This document shows, in pieces, positions 39,073 through 53,854 of a stretch of DNA of 64,000 nt (the first letter of the stretch is position 1; every line of letters starts with the position of its first letter). The stretch comes from Octopus vulgaris. Taxonomy: Eukaryota. The DNA lies in the NCBI GenBank assembly GCA_951406725.2, contig OX597840.1:21328001-21392000 (forward strand), read 5' to 3'. The position numbers were made by a program, and so were the translations under genes. Under the pieces are notes generated by a model. That model had not been told where the DNA came from. It was given only the letters and a program-made list of their open reading frames with translations, and searched no databases.

Positions 39073-39792
39073 TGTTATATTGCCTGAAGAAATGAATCCA
39101 TGAAGATGATCAACCCGATGCCCACGGATACTAAGGACTCTTCAGTAATCGTCCCAGGAATGCAGACTCTGATCATAAGAGACAGGTGATTTGAGGAAAC
39201 GTGCATAGCAATGCATTGAAATATTTCTAAATTCCAACTACAACAACTGCAGCCACTACAGAACCCTGTTCTCACTTATAATGCTTCTAAATTCTCTACA
39301 AGAAATAGAATACAGTAAAACCATGAGAGTGGAAGCATCTGGAATATGGGGAATCAGGGGAGGAAGAGAGAAGGAGAGGCAAGAGTGGGTTGAAGGAGGA
39401 GGGGGAGGGAATATTGCAGAAGTTAAAACATCACAAAGTTATTTTATTCTCTAAACCAGGGGCAGGGGTAGCCTTTTTTTAGTACCAAGGGGGTAGTTGT
39501 AAGTGCATAAAAACAGATGGGACATTTCTGGTCTGAGGAAAATAAAGCATCGTTGATTGTACAAATTTATTGTTATGCAACTTATATGGAATTATGGTTT
39601 GATTTACTCCCAAGACTTAAACCATTTCTTCATCATGTTTTTTAGAGGTTCTGTCAGCAGGCGAGGGTGGTACTTCACCGCCCCCTGTTCTATACAGGTC
39701 TATTTCTCTATCCCAGCCAGTGTGTAATGTCGGGCTGCATTCATTTTGCTGAATAATTCTGTCATCATTACTTCAGATAGAGAAAAATCTAT

Positions 39793-39836
39793 ACTTCACT
39801 GATGAAGTCATAACAAGGCTGAAACATGTCTTGAGT
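39793..39836 (+). ncRNA. Minimal type I hammerhead ribozyme motif
   Basis: acttca CTGATGA agtc ataacaa ggct GAAA CATG TC ttgagt: intact core and GUC triplet; one mismatch in stem I. Confidence 0.65.
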
Positions 39837-40702
39837 TATTTCCTCTGAATGCTGAAACAATCAAAATCTTTTTTAGTCATTGACTAACATCGTCTTCTCT
39901 CTTCGATGTGATAATACTAACTTTACCGTACTTGTATTCAATTTGGCTGGCGGAAAATAAAACATCACAGCTGCACTCACACACGCACATGTACACACAC
40001 ACACGCACACACACACACAAGCACACAGGGTGGAAGTGGTAATGACTGCTGTAATAGAGATGGTCACACACACATCTTTCTGTTCCACCCAACATTTTTG
40101 CAAAAAAACAACACCAGCAACAAGAATGCAAACAATTTTATCAGCCACAGAATGCAGTAGCTTTTCTTGTTTAGCCCCAGGTCAGGCCTGATCGTAAAGA
40201 CCAGTAATCAAAACCATTCCATCCATGACCAACTCATACTTGTTTCAGACAATCTATCATCTTTCTAATATCCTGTGATATAATCTTTTCTTCCTAAGGT
40301 GTGATTTGAGGGACATTTTGCTGCTACTTCTAGTAGGTCAAACAACCAGTTACAGACTCCTCCTCCCCTCATCTGTTCTAGATCCATGATTCAGTTTGTT
40401 TAATCCCAGGTCAACCCTAACCCTGTCAACTCATGCTCAAAGGCATTCTTCTCGTCACAATCCTACTCTCTCCTTATTTACAATAGTAAGGAATGATCTG
40501 AGGGAGACTTGGCTGCTATTTCTAACAGAACAATCACATATATTCATGTTGTACAGGCTTGCATGTAAGGAATACAGCTCATTAATTAATTTCACACCAA
40601 TAATTAACTAAAACAGTCAGAGACCCTAGTGTTTTACAGGCCCAGGGTGTACAAGGAATGAGGGTATATTTATAATTAATTAACTTCGTTACAGTATTCG
40701 TT

Positions 40703-41610
40703 TAACCATTTTGGTACCAAACTGCCTCAAACTGCCACCCCTGCTTCTCTAATAAACACTTCCTGTTTTAAAGTCGTCTAATTAAAACCGAATTTCTCGT
40801 TAATTTATCTATGTTCCAGACTTCAGCTGAAGAACGACAAAGTTATTTTACTAAATTCTTTCATTATTTTCAAAATTAATTGAAACGAAAGAACGGTAAC
40901 AAAGGAATTAACGAAGAATAGAACTGCTTTGTCTCTCAACCTACTAGAAATAGCAGCCAAATCTCCTTTCGTTAAACCTTTAGCCTTCAGATTACTTGGT
41001 CAAATGGAATGCTTATTTATTCACATTGTTTTAGGTTTATCCGGCATTCTCTCACAGCTTCAAGACTTTGATGATGATGATGATGATCATCATCATCGTT
41101 TAACGTCCGTTTTCCATGCTAGCATGGGTTGGACAGTTTGACTGGGGTCTGGGAAGCCAGGAGGCTGTACCAGGCTCCAGTCTGATCTGGCAGTGTTTCT
41201 ACAGGTGGATGCCCTTCCTAATGCCAACCACTCCGAGAGTGTAGTGGGTGCTTTTTATGTGCCAGGGGAGGCTGGCACCGGCCATGATGCGTTTGTTTAT
41301 TTTTAGAATGAAGTGTGTGAGATATCTGATGTGGTCAGTTTGAACAGAAAACAAGTCCAGAATATTTGGACAGACATGGCTGGTTCTTCAACCCTTTAGC
41401 TTTCAGATTCTTCTGCCAAATATAATTCTTATTCATTGTTTTAAATTAATCATGCACTATCTTGTAGCTTTAAGATTCCAATGACCTGTTAGTTTACTTT
41501 TAGAATAACATTGTAGGGAAAGTGTGAGAGGTCTAATATGGCCACTTTGGACATAAAACCAGAAGAATATTTGCACTGGATATGGTTGGTTGGTTGGTTT
41601 TAAGCCTCTA
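40703..41610 (+). mobile_element. Cluster of degenerate piggyBac MITEs; one is split by a family B insertion (41085-41285, -)
   Basis: Homology to 23531-23730 and 42627-42845. Confidence 0.65.
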
Positions 41611-41664
41611 AGAATCAGATTATTAGGCCAAATGGAATGCTTATTTATTTACATTGTTTTCAAT

Positions 41665-42178
41665 TAATAATAATAATAATAATAATAATAATGAACTTGT
41701 TGTATACAGTGCTCAGGTGCACCACAACTTGTCAGAAAGTGCGTATAGAGTACATGCAGTAATGTAGAAATGTCTGGAAAGTGAACAGTGTATGAGTCAG
41801 ATACTTGCTTGTGTGTGTATGGAGGGGAGAAAATCAGGTGTAGTGTTGGCGAACCTCGGGAAGCATGGAAGTTTTGAAGGATGCAGTGCTCCGACAACTA
41901 ACAACTGATGCCGGCAGTTTGTTCCATACTTCAGCAACTCTTAGCTTGAAAAATTGTTTCTGGAAGTCATGGGAGCTGTGCTGTTTTCTGACTTTGTAAA
42001 CATGTCCACAGGTGTTAGACAGGTGGAGTTTTGAAAAGGTGCTCAGAGTTATTGTTTGTAAGATGGTTAATAATTTTAGGGGTGTCTGCCAAGTCAGCCG
42101 TCAGACGTCGGAGTTTCAATGTATCCATGCCCAAGGAAGTAAGGTGTTCAGAATATGGCAAATGCCTGATAGAGAGTA
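41665..42178 (-). mobile_element. CR1-clade LINE 3' end with (ATT)n tail
   Basis: IRHLPYSEHLTSLGMDTLKLRRLTADL..KIINHL / SNTCGHVYKVRKQ..FFKLRVAEVWNKLPASVV..SFK, matching the CR1 TRGH..RVV..WN.LP..VV motif. Confidence 0.88.
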
Positions 42179-42187
42179 ACTGGGTTT

Positions 42188-43244
42188 CAGTGGTTTTCAA
42201 CCAAGGGTCCACATGATCCAGGAGACCCATTTATGATTTTGCTGTTAAAATTAATCCGCAGTAAATTGTTCATATTTCTATAGTACACAAAATATTTTAA
42301 CAATCTTTATTTTTATAGAATTTCAAAGAATATTTAATTCTAAAAATGTAACAGGATTTTTTAAACATCAAATGACTGTGGGGATCCATCCAATTAAAAC
42401 AAGAATGAAAGGTGTTCAAAGCTAAAAAAAAAATGATTGAGAAAAATAGGATTTCAATGATTTGCAGACGAGGGTCCATATAATCCTTGGGGATCCATGA
42501 AGGATTTTGCTAAAATTTATCTGCAATAAATTGGCCAGATTTCTACAATACACAAAATGTTTCACAATTTTTTTAATACAATTCCCCATAAGATTTAATT
42601 ATGAAGATCTAATGGGACATCTTTAACCCTTTAGTGTTCAGATTATTCTATCAAACACAATGCCTATTGATTCCCATTGATTTGAATTAATCATGCATTA
42701 TCTCATATCTTCAAGATCTTGATGGTGTAATTACTTAATGTAGAATGACATTGTAGGGTAAGTGTGAGAGCCTGGATCTGGTCAGTTTGAACATAAAACA
42801 GATTAAATATTTTGGCCGGATATGGCCGGTTTAAATACTAAGGGGTTAAAAACATTGAATGGTTGTGAGGTTCCATCCGATTAAAAGAGGAACCAAAGGG
42901 GTCGATAGGAGAAGCATTGGTCTTCAGTGGTTCTCAGCTAGGGTCCACGTGACCCCTTGGAGCCCACATAAGATTTTGGGGTTCCACAATGGTATTTCAA
43001 GGGTCCATGAAAGAAATTTCGCTTTCGCTGTCTTTATTGCAAGAAAGAGCCAGGTTTCTTCTTCTGATGTTTTCCATAGGGAATGCGTGAATAAGAAAAG
43101 GGAACAACAAGAGAGAAATTTCAAAAGAAGTACCTATCAAACTAGTTTTTAAACACTGAATGGCTGTGAGGGGCTACTGCAATAAAATAGGAATCAAAAA
43201 GGGTTCATAGACAAAAAAAAAAAAAGAATGGTTGAGAAACATTG
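42188..43244 (+). mobile_element. Tandem hAT-like MITEs (42188-42919 and 42925-43244)
   Basis: CAGTGGTTYTCA.C starts and GAGAA.CATTG ends; homology to 37-359. Confidence 0.7.
42627..42845 (+). mobile_element. piggyBac-type MITE, family 2, nested in the hAT MITE
   Basis: TTAA|CCCTTTAG ... CTAAGGGG|TTAA. Confidence 0.85.
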
Positions 43245-43292
43245 GTTATGATGGATAAAAGCTGACCTAGAACTTAGCCATAAGAGCAACAT

Positions 43293-43965
<673 letters not shown>

Positions 43966-44699
43966 AAGCAAACACAGACTCTCTCCTGCTCTCTCGATCT
44001 CACCCAAACACACACACACACACACATATACACAGGAAATAAAATTATAGATGGAAGTTGATTACAGTAGCCGTTACAAACCAGTGGCTGCTGCTGCTGC
44101 TGCTGCCAACTGTGTCAAGGCCTAACGAGTCTGCATCATGACAAACATCTTTAGGCCATTAACTTCAGGTCACAAGATTGGAAAGTTTTTCTGGTGCAGT
44201 GACAAGGAGTGACAGGAGTTGATAGCAAAAGAGTACACTTTGCTGAGAAACTCACAGCAATTGTACAAACAAAATATTATGTTTCCTGAAGTCTGAAGTC
44301 GGTTAAAATAAATACTGAAGTGGTGTGTATATGCACACACACACACACACACAGACATCTGATAAAATTGGCACTTAGAATTTGCACTTACAAGATAGCG
44401 ATCATGTTCTGCCTATGCTTATGTACATGCATATAGACAGGTAGATAGATAGATAGATGGATAGATAGAGAGACAGACAGATAGATAGATAAGTAGATAG
44501 ATATAGGGAGATAGGGAGAGAAAGACAGGTTGATAGATAGCTTGATTGATTGATTGATAGATAGATAGGTAGACAGGTAGGTAGATAAATAGATAGACAA
44601 ACAGATAGATAGATAGACAGATAGATAGAGAGAGAGAGATGGATAGGTAGATAGTTACACACACACACATGTACCTATATATGAACTTTTGATTTTGTC

Positions 44700-44957
44700 C
44701 TGCTGTGTGACACCTTGGGCAAATGTCTTCTACTAGGGCTCAGACCAACTTAAAGCTTTGTGACTGGATTTGGTAGACAGAAACTGAAAGGAGCCTGTTG
44801 TAGGCATGGCTATGTGGTAAGAAGCTTTTCTCCCAACCACATGCTTTCAGGTTCAGTCCCACTGCATGACACCTTGGAGAGTGTCTTCTATTATAGCCTC
44901 GGGCTGACCAAAGCCTTGTGAGTGGATTTGGTAGATGGAAACTGAAAGAAGCCTGTC

Positions 44958-45001
<44 letters not shown>

Positions 45002-45450
45002 CCTTTCTTCTATAGGCACAAGGCCTGAAATTTGGGGGAAAGGGATGAGTTGATTACATCAACTTAATTTACTGATCCCGAAAGGACAAAAGGCAAAGTC
45101 AACCCTGGCAGCATTTGAACTCAGAACGTGAAGACAGATGAAACACTGCTAAGCGTTTCGCTTGGTGTGCTAATGATTCTGCCATTAGCTAAAAATTCTT
45201 TAAGGCAGTGCTCCAGCATGGCCGCAGTCTAATGACTGAAACAAGTAAAAAGGTAAAACAGGTTTCAGTCCTTGAACTGTGGCCATGCTGGGGCATGCCT
45301 TGAAGGGTCTTAGTCAGACAAATCGACTCTAGAATTTGTTTTTTTTAGAATCTGGAACTATCGGTCTCTTTTGCCAAACCACTAAGTTATGGGTTTGAAA
45401 CAAACCAACATAATTGTCATGGGGTGGGGTGGGAGATAAACCCAAACACA
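44700..45450. mobile_element. Cluster of SINE A heads (+), SINE C (-, 45003-45190) and SINE A tails
   Basis: Homology to the family consensus sequences. Confidence 0.8.
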
Positions 45451-45501
45451 GACAATACATATACATATAAACTAACTATGACTTAACTATCCTCTCACAC
45501 C

Positions 45502-45553
45502 GTCTCTGATGAAGGGATATAATTCATAAATATCCTAGAAACAGCTGTAAGAC
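45502..45553 (+). ncRNA. Minimal type I hammerhead ribozyme (Penelope-like element type)
   Basis: GTCT CTGATGA aGGGATAT aattcataa ATATCCTa GAAA CAGCTG TA AGAC: stems I and II pair, palindromic stem III, predicted cleavage after 45549. Confidence 0.8.
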
Positions 45554-45661
45554 CTATCTATAAATGCTCTAATATCTATACAGCCTTGGTTTTTTTATCT
45601 TATTACACAAAAAATTCTTATACACACACACATATGCATGCATATATATATATATATATAT

Positions 45662-46019
45662 ATTGTTATATTTTGGAATGGTCATTTTGCCAGTTTAGCC
45701 AATAAAAACACACGCACAATATATTTGGTGTTACTTTGCTTCAGTGTTATTTATTTTTTACATTAATCTTAATCTTATTTCGGCCAGAGTTCTTTCGGTT
45801 AGTAAGGAGAGACACAAATAAGTGAGAGACACAAATAAGTGAGAAGAAAACAAAGGACCACTGATGCGGTCACAGGAGTGTGACGAAAGAACTCTGGCCG
45901 AAATAAGATTAAGATTAATGTAAAAAATAGATAACACTGAAGCAAAATAACACCAAATATATAGTGCGTGTGTTTTTATTGGCTAAACTGGCAAAATGAC
46001 CATTCCGAAATATAACAAT
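45662..46019. mobile_element. Fold-back palindrome with a hammerhead-like motif (45855-45899) at the spacer/arm junction
   Basis: ~136-bp inverted arms; gacca CTGATGC gGTCACA ggag TGTGAC GAAA gaac TC tggcc. Confidence 0.75.
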
Positions 46020-46074
46020 GTCTGTTTCAACACACGACTTCACATAAAAAATCTTGCACAACAAATATATAAAC

Positions 46075-46111
<37 letters not shown>

Positions 46112-46987
46112 ACTCTTTATCTATCATAATCTCCAGCTTTCTTCAAGTGTCTCTTATATTTGGTAACATTCTAAGAATTGTGAACTGCTAAACCCTTTAT
46201 TAGACCAACAACAGCCAATGCATTCTCATTCTCTTCTCCACTTGTAAAGTCATTTACATGTTCCACTTCAACCAAGATACATTCTTTCGGACAGACACAT
46301 AGATTGAACCCACAAACACACCAACTGAAGTACTACACTTAACGTGGTACTTAAATGAGAGTTATATTTCTCATCGTTTTGTCACACACGAGAAACAGAG
46401 AGTGGGAGTTAAGAGCTTAAATTGTTTGGTTTCCACATCATCATCATCATCATCATCGTCGTCAGACATTAAACGATGATGATGATGATGATGATGCCGT
46501 TGCTTCAATTAAGTTTCAAAATAAGAACTTGATAAAATTATTTTGCCATAATTAAGTTGGAACATAAATTAACTTGAAATTTTGACAGAAAGTTTTGGCT
46601 TAGAACATTTTAAACTGTTTTGTTACCATATTTTTTCAGTTGAAAGAAGCTGCTTTTTGGATCAATTAATTCTGAAAGTAATGAAAAATTTGTCATAATT
46701 AAGCTGGTGTTTGCAATGTAAGATGTATAGATCCTTCACAAACACAGAGGCTGGCCCTGGAATGACAGATGGTGTTTCAACACCTATTATTTACATATTT
46801 CTCCATGGCAAACCCATGGTGAAAATGGACTTGATACACGTCATATGTCCCAAACATATTTGAATTAATCTAAAAGTTAGTTTTATACAGTGTGTGAGTG
46901 AGTGTGTAGGTGCAGTTGTGGCAGTGAGGTATATAATATATATATACACACACACATAATACATATATAGACATATATATATATATA

Positions 46988-47125
46988 TCATCATCATCAT
47001 CATCGTTTAACATCCGTTTTCCGCGGGTTGGACGGTTCGACCAGGGTCTGGGAAGCCAGGGGCCGCACCAGGCTCCAGTCTGATCTGGCAGAGTTTCTAC
47101 AGCTGGATGCCCTTCCTAACGCCAA
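46988..47125 (-). mobile_element. Family B, short copy
   Basis: Reverse tail homology; adjoins (TA)n. Confidence 0.85.
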
Positions 47126-47689
47126 TATAAGCATATACATGTATATACTTTATTTGTGGGTTAACAAAGCAACCAATGGTTTCATGTGAAGAGATCTTCA
47201 CAATTGTTTAAGCATTCCATATGGAAATATTTGTACTCATCTCTATTTTAGATGAGAATACAACATATATATAAACACACACACACAGAGCCATACTATA
47301 TATATTATGTGTGCACATATATGTGCATGTATATAAATACACACACACAAATATATACACTGATACATATACAAATGCATACATATACGTGTACAAATTT
47401 AGCATAACACTTACACACAAACATGAAAGAGACTTTATAGAATTACTTAGTAATAGCTGATGTTTCATCTAAAAGGTATTGATTGTCCACAATAGTATGT
47501 GTGTATATACAAAGCAATGAGATGTGTTTGTGGAGGACGGGGCAAGATGATCTGTAAGAGAATAAGCCACAAGCAGGCCACCATTCCAAAGATCTACAGG
47601 CAAAGATGGTGATGGTTTCTTTCTGTCATCAACGACAACCATGTCGATAATAGTAATAATTAAATGATGACAGCACAGGCAATGATAAC

Positions 47690-47905
47690 AGTGATGATGA
47701 TGACAATGATGATGGTGGTGGTGGTGACAACAATGATGATAATGATGATGGTGATTATAAAATGACAGCAGTAAAGACAGTGATAACAATGTTGATGATG
47801 ACGATGATGATGATAATGATGATGACGATGATGATGATAATGATGATGATGATGACAATGATGATGACGATGATGATGATAATGATGATGACGATGATGA
47901 TGCTA

Positions 47906-47943
<38 letters not shown>

Positions 47944-48178
47944 AATGATGATGATGATGATGATGATGATAATGATGATGGTGGTGGTGGTGACAACAAT
48001 GATGATAATGATGATGATGATGATGATGATAATGATGATGACGATGATGATGATAATGATGATGATGATGACAATGATGATGACGATGATGATGATAATG
48101 ATGATGACGATGATGATGATAATGATGATGATGATGACAATGATGATGACGATGATGATGATAATGATGATGATGATT

Positions 48179-48217
<39 letters not shown>

Positions 48218-48256
48218 ATGATGATGATGATGATGATGATGATAATGATGATGATG
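47690..48256. repeat. (GAT)n microsatellite with higher-order variant periodicity
   Basis: GAT interrupted regularly by AAT and GAC; GGTGGTGGTGGTGACAACAATGATGATAATG occurs twice. Confidence 0.95.
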
Positions 48257-49214
48257 AGGAACTTTAGAATGATTCTTTGAGGTACTTTTAGGAAACTGTT
48301 TGAAACCCCAATGTTGTGCAGACACTTCACCAAGAGATATTCAACACTGCCATTGACCCTGCTAGAATCAGCAGCTAAATACCCCCTTCCTCAAATCCTT
48401 CCCCCAATGCCTTAAAATGGCTTAAGGAGAAAGGATGGTCCCACTGGACAATGTGGTCCTTGATATACAAAAGAGGAAAGAAGACAAAGACAGTTGGATC
48501 ATATTTCTGGAATAGTTTTGGTTGGAGATCTGCTCAGTCAGGACTGACCTGTGGTTATATAAAAGCAATATTTTGCTATGGGATGACCCTGGAAGGACTT
48601 CTGGGCATCTTGATCAGGGGTTGGCCCCTTGCTGTGGTTGGGTGTAAGCGAGGGGACTGCACAGTTTTGTACTTTGAAGAGAGGGAAGGCGGGAGGGATG
48701 GAGGGAGGTAAATAACACCATGATGATGATGATGATGATGATGATGATATGTATTGCACTTGTTATTGATATTAAAGACCAAGAAAAAAAGCAAAGACAA
48801 AAGTAATAAGGGAACAACAACAACAACAACAGGAAAAAAACTGCAATAACAACAAGAACAATAGAACCCATTAAAACACACACACACACACGCATACACA
48901 TGCACGCACGCACGCACCCGCACACGCGCCAGAAAAAGGGGTCATTTGAAAAAACTGATGAAACAGACTATGTAATAAGTTGTACTTTCTATTTACTGCA
49001 GATAGAGGGGAGGGGGGAAAGAGGGGACAGGACGGGACGGGACGGTGGGGGAGAGACGGTTGGGCTGGGGGGAGGGGGTAGATGCATGTGTGTGCGTGTG
49101 TGGGGGGGGGTATGGAGTGGGCGGGTGTCCAGCTACATAGTGAAACACTTATTTGTGAAATGTTCAATAGCTATCGATATTTTGGATCCAACCCAAGCAA
49201 CACAAAAGGAAGAA

Positions 49215-49276
<62 letters not shown>

Positions 49277-49359
49277 GGGGGCGATAGGGAAACGGGGGGG
49301 GGAGGGAAAAGGAAGGTGGGAGTTCAAGATCAATGCACTGACTTTGAGCTTGTTGTTGT

Positions 49360-49637
49360 TATCATCATCGTTATCATTATCATCTTCACCACCACCACCA
49401 CCATCATCAACATCCTCATCACCACTATCATCATCATCATCAACATCCTCATCACCAATATCATCACCATCATCACCATCATCATCACCATCAACATCCT
49501 CATCACCGCCACCACCACCATCATCATCACTACCACCACCACAATCATCATCATCATCATCATCATCACCAGTATCAACATCACTGCTACTACCATCATC
49601 ATCACCATCATCATCATCACCACTGCTATCAGCATCA
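49360..49637. repeat. (CAT/CAC)n compound microsatellite
   Basis: Direct inspection. Confidence 0.9.
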
Positions 49638-50040
49638 TATATAAAAAAAACAAAAAAACAAATCTTTCCCCCCATTTTTATTCATGGTTGTAATTAGCTA
49701 CCATCTGATGTAGTTCTTGGCCTTTGTTTCTCTTCCTCCTTCCACCCCACCCCCCACCACCGACCCCTTCTTCAACCCTCTCTTTTGTAGTAGTTAATAG
49801 TAGTAAGTAGTAGTGGTGGGTGGTGGTGGTGGTGGTGGTGGTGGTTGTGCATTCATTCTTCCACTTAACTTTGATGATGGTACCTGCCTAACTTTACAAG
49901 GAATCAATAATTTTATGTCGGTACTTTTACTCCTTGTAGTTTACTCTACCACCACTGACGGCGGCCTCATCGCTAAACCTCAGACACCCAAACCTCTATA
50001 CCACCAACAGCAATGCTACACCAATGACTGCTCTACCATA

Positions 50041-50480
50041 CCATACTATACCATTAACAGCCATACTATATTACTCACTGCCATACTACACCCCTGACAG
50101 CCATACTCTACCACTGAAAGCCATACTATAACACTGACAGCCATACTATAACACTGACAGCCATACTATATCACTGACAGCCATACTATAACACTGACAG
50201 ACATACTATAACACTGACAGCCATACTATAACACTGACAGCCATACTATAACACTGACAGCCATACTATACTCCTGACAGCCATACTCTACCACTGAAAG
50301 CCATACTATAACACTGACAGCCATACTATACCCCTGACAGCCATACTCTACCACTGACAGCCATACTATATCACTGACAGCCATACTATATCACTGACAT
50401 CCATACCACATTACTGACAGCCATACTACATAATTCACTGCCATACTATACCACTAACAGCTGTACTATACGACCAACAG
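50041..50480. repeat. 20-bp minisatellite, about 22 units
   Basis: Unit CCATACTATAACACTGACAG in exact phase. Confidence 0.95.
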
Positions 50481-51328
50481 TCATAACACTGGCAGTCATA
50501 CAACTCAACCATACCATTAGATTGCTCCCATACCTCAACAAAACCTCTTTTATTGTCTCCTACCCCAACGAAACCACCCTCTACTGAATCGCACCACACA
50601 AGGGTGGGCATTGTTATTTAATATTACATCACCATCATATCCACCCACACATTAAATAACAGAGTTCTCCCTTCCTCTAAGAGGGGATGGTCGTGGATTG
50701 GAATGCTTTTGATCGGGACTGGCCTGCAGAGAGAGTAAACAACAGCAATAACCTACTTCCAGCATCCATCTCCATCCAGCGCATCGGAGAACGTTCCATT
50801 TCTTTTGTACTTACATACATTATGCATGTATGTGTGCATGTGCGTGTGTGTACACGCATGCATGTATGCGTGTGTAGACGCACACGCAGACACGATATGT
50901 ATTCACTAATATACAAGTGCATGCGTAGCTGCGTGGCGATGCAAAAGTCATGTGCTACAGTCCCTGTGGAACGAATTCTCTCCTATCCCCTGTTCCCTTT
51001 GTTTGAACACATTCATCTGTGTGTTAATGTAGTGTATCTGTGTGGATAGGTGTGTTTTGTGCACACAGTCATGTGTTCATATATATTCATATATATATAT
51101 ATATGTGCATATATATATATATATATATATATGAATATATGGTCATAAATATATATATATACATATACATATATATATATACATATATATATATGCATAT
51201 ATATATATATATATATATGCACACACCCACATATGTATAATATATATGCATATATGTTCATATATATATATATATATATGATCATATATGTATATATATA
51301 TTATACATATGTGGGTGTATGCCACTGT

Positions 51329-51400
<72 letters not shown>

Positions 51401-51648
51401 TATACATATGCGGGTGTGAGCTAGTGTGTATATACACACACACACACATATTCATAAATATATATAGATATACATAATTTGTACACTATATATATGCATG
51501 CATACCTAAATGTGCGTGTATGTGTTCGTGTGTGTGTATAGACATGCACACATTATATCAACAATCTGGAGAGTGTTAGAAAATAGCAAAAAATATCAAA
51601 ATGGCATTCTTTGCTGACAACTTTAAACAGCAAAAACAACTAAAACAA

Positions 51649-51687
<39 letters not shown>

Positions 51688-51736
51688 CATACATATACAA
51701 AGATTATGCATACATACTTACATATATATATATATA

Positions 51737-52060
51737 GGCACACTCTGTCGGTTACAACGACGAGGATCCCATTTGATACGATCAATGGAACAGCTTGCTC
51801 GTGAAATTAATGTGCAAGTGGCTGAGCACTCCACAGACACATGTACCCTTAAAATAGTTCTTGGGGAGATTCAGCGACACAAAAGTGTGACAAGGCCGGC
51901 CCTTTGAAATACAGGGGCTACTCATTTTTGCCAACTGAGTGGACTGGAGCAATGTGAAATAAAGTGTCTTGCTCAAGGACACAATGTGTTGCTGGGAATT
52001 GAACTGACAACTTTACGATTGTGAGCCAAATGCCCTAACCACTAAGCCACGCGCCTTCAC
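51737..52060 (-). mobile_element. SINE family D, full length
   Basis: Head GTGGCTTAGTGGTTAGGG..AGTTCAATTCCC, then GTGTCCTTGAGCAAGACACTT; second copy at 58966-59292. Confidence 0.88.
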
Positions 52061-52649
52061 TTCACATATATACATACACGAGTACATACATATGTATGTA
52101 CACACATACATATGCATGCATGTACGCATGTATGTGTGTATGAGTTTGTAAGTATGTATGTATATATGTGTTTGTATGAATGTGTGTGGTGAGGAGTTTC
52201 AGTGGCACATTCTCAATTATGTAATTGTCTGCAGAAAATGCCAGACTCTACGCTACTCCTGTCTGCCTGCCTGTCTGTCTGTCTGCCTCTTGATCACTGA
52301 CCTTAAAAACTGAAGTGCAGCAACACAAATGCACCCAAGTGGATTGACGCTTCTACATTGAGTTCCTCTGAAAAGCTCGGACAATACAAGAAGCAGTTCA
52401 AGCAATCAATCTAAATCACAGTGGGGATCCACATAGGCTCAGGGACAGGGGGTGCAGGGTTGTACAAGCATGTCCCCTGAAATTTTTGTGGGGGCAATGA
52501 AAACGTTTTGAACGTCCTTCTGTAAAATTTCATTGCCAAAATGAACAGAGAAACACTTCCGTACTGGTTTGGAACATTACTTTTCCATTGTCGGACGAAT
52601 CCGTTTTGATTGATATAGAAATAATAATTATCATTGTTATACCTGTGTT

Positions 52650-53095
52650 TAAGGTAGCGAGCTAACAGAATCGTTAACATGTCAGGTGAAATGCTGAGTA
52701 GCGTTTCGTCTGTCTTCAAGTTCTGAGTTCAAATTCTACCGAGGTTGACTTTACCTTTCATCCTTTCAGGGCTGATAAATACCAGCTGATCACTGAGGTC
52801 ACGGGGTCAATGTAATCGACTATCCTCCTCCCCCAAATTTCAGGCCTTGTGCCAATAATAGAAAGGACTATTATACCAGTGCTTAAGGTGGTGAGGTGGC
52901 AGATTCGTTAGCATGTCAGGTGAAATGCAGACTGGCATTTCATCCGTCTTCACGTTCTGAGTTCAAATTCCACTGAGTTGGACTTGGCTTTTCTTCTTTC
53001 AGGGTTGATAACATTAAACCCAGTTGATCACTGGGTCTAATCAACTTAATCCCTCTCCAAAAATTGCTGGCCTTGTGCCACAATTTGAAACCATC
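52650..53095 (+). mobile_element. Two tandem SINE C copies
   Basis: AAGGYRGYGAG..CAGA.TCGTTARCATG..GTTCTGAGTTCAAATTC occurs twice. Confidence 0.88.
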
Positions 53096-53386
53096 TTTAC
53101 ACCTGTGTTTCTTTTGATACTAAGATTGCTTATAAAAAATTTTGGACCTGGGTTTGCATCCCCAAAGAAAATGTCATTCCGATAATTATTGTAATCAATG
53201 GATAAGTTTTAGTAAACAGCTCAATGAAGCCGTTTCCTCTACACTGGGGTTTATTGAAAGAATGCACCAGGATTAGCTCAAAGAAAATGAAAGACTTGTG
53301 AAAAAAATTCTTGGGAGAAAAGAAAGTGGCACTTGACAAGTTGCTCTGTTATAGTGTGAAGAGGATAAGTTAGGGAAAGATCTTAA

Positions 53387-53604
53387 CCTTTTCATTACCA
53401 AACCAGCTGAAACCGCTTCTGGTTCTGAGTACAAATATGTTTTCATAAGTTTTGAATTAATATCTTCCACCAAACCTTAGTCACAATTTATGTTCCTAAC
53501 ACTGGCTGAATGATAACTAAGTTATTTTACTAAATTCCGTGTTATATTTAACATTAATTGAAAGAAAAACAGAGCATCTCAAAATAAATACAGTAACGAA
53601 AGGG
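53387..53604 (+). mobile_element. piggyBac-type MITE, family 1
   Basis: TTAA flanks; highly similar to 23531-23730. Confidence 0.9.
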
Positions 53605-53854
53605 TTAATGAATGCCAGGCTAAGGCTCAGCGAGGGTTGCAAGCAGCAGGGGTCACATCAAAGCCAGTAAAGCCTGTGAAATTCAGGAACAACCTTCAGA
53701 CAAATGAAATTCAAAATCTCTGTGTCACCAGCTGCGTGCATTCTTTGGCCCATCATCCTCAATCTTTGAACTTATGCAAAGACTGGTAATGCACTGTTGC
53801 ACAGGTGAGATGAAATCAAGGCCAGGTGGCAGCAGCATTTTAGTGATGTCATGA

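Noticed and set aside
47469-49697. Poly-S/I/M/H/D ORFs up to 265 aa
   Set aside because: Stop-free frames of (GAT)n/(CAT)n repeats with no unique coding flank or splice support.
50041-50480. CRISPR-like appearance of the 20-bp array and of the family B unit arrays
   Set aside because: No unique spacers, no cas genes, eukaryotic context.
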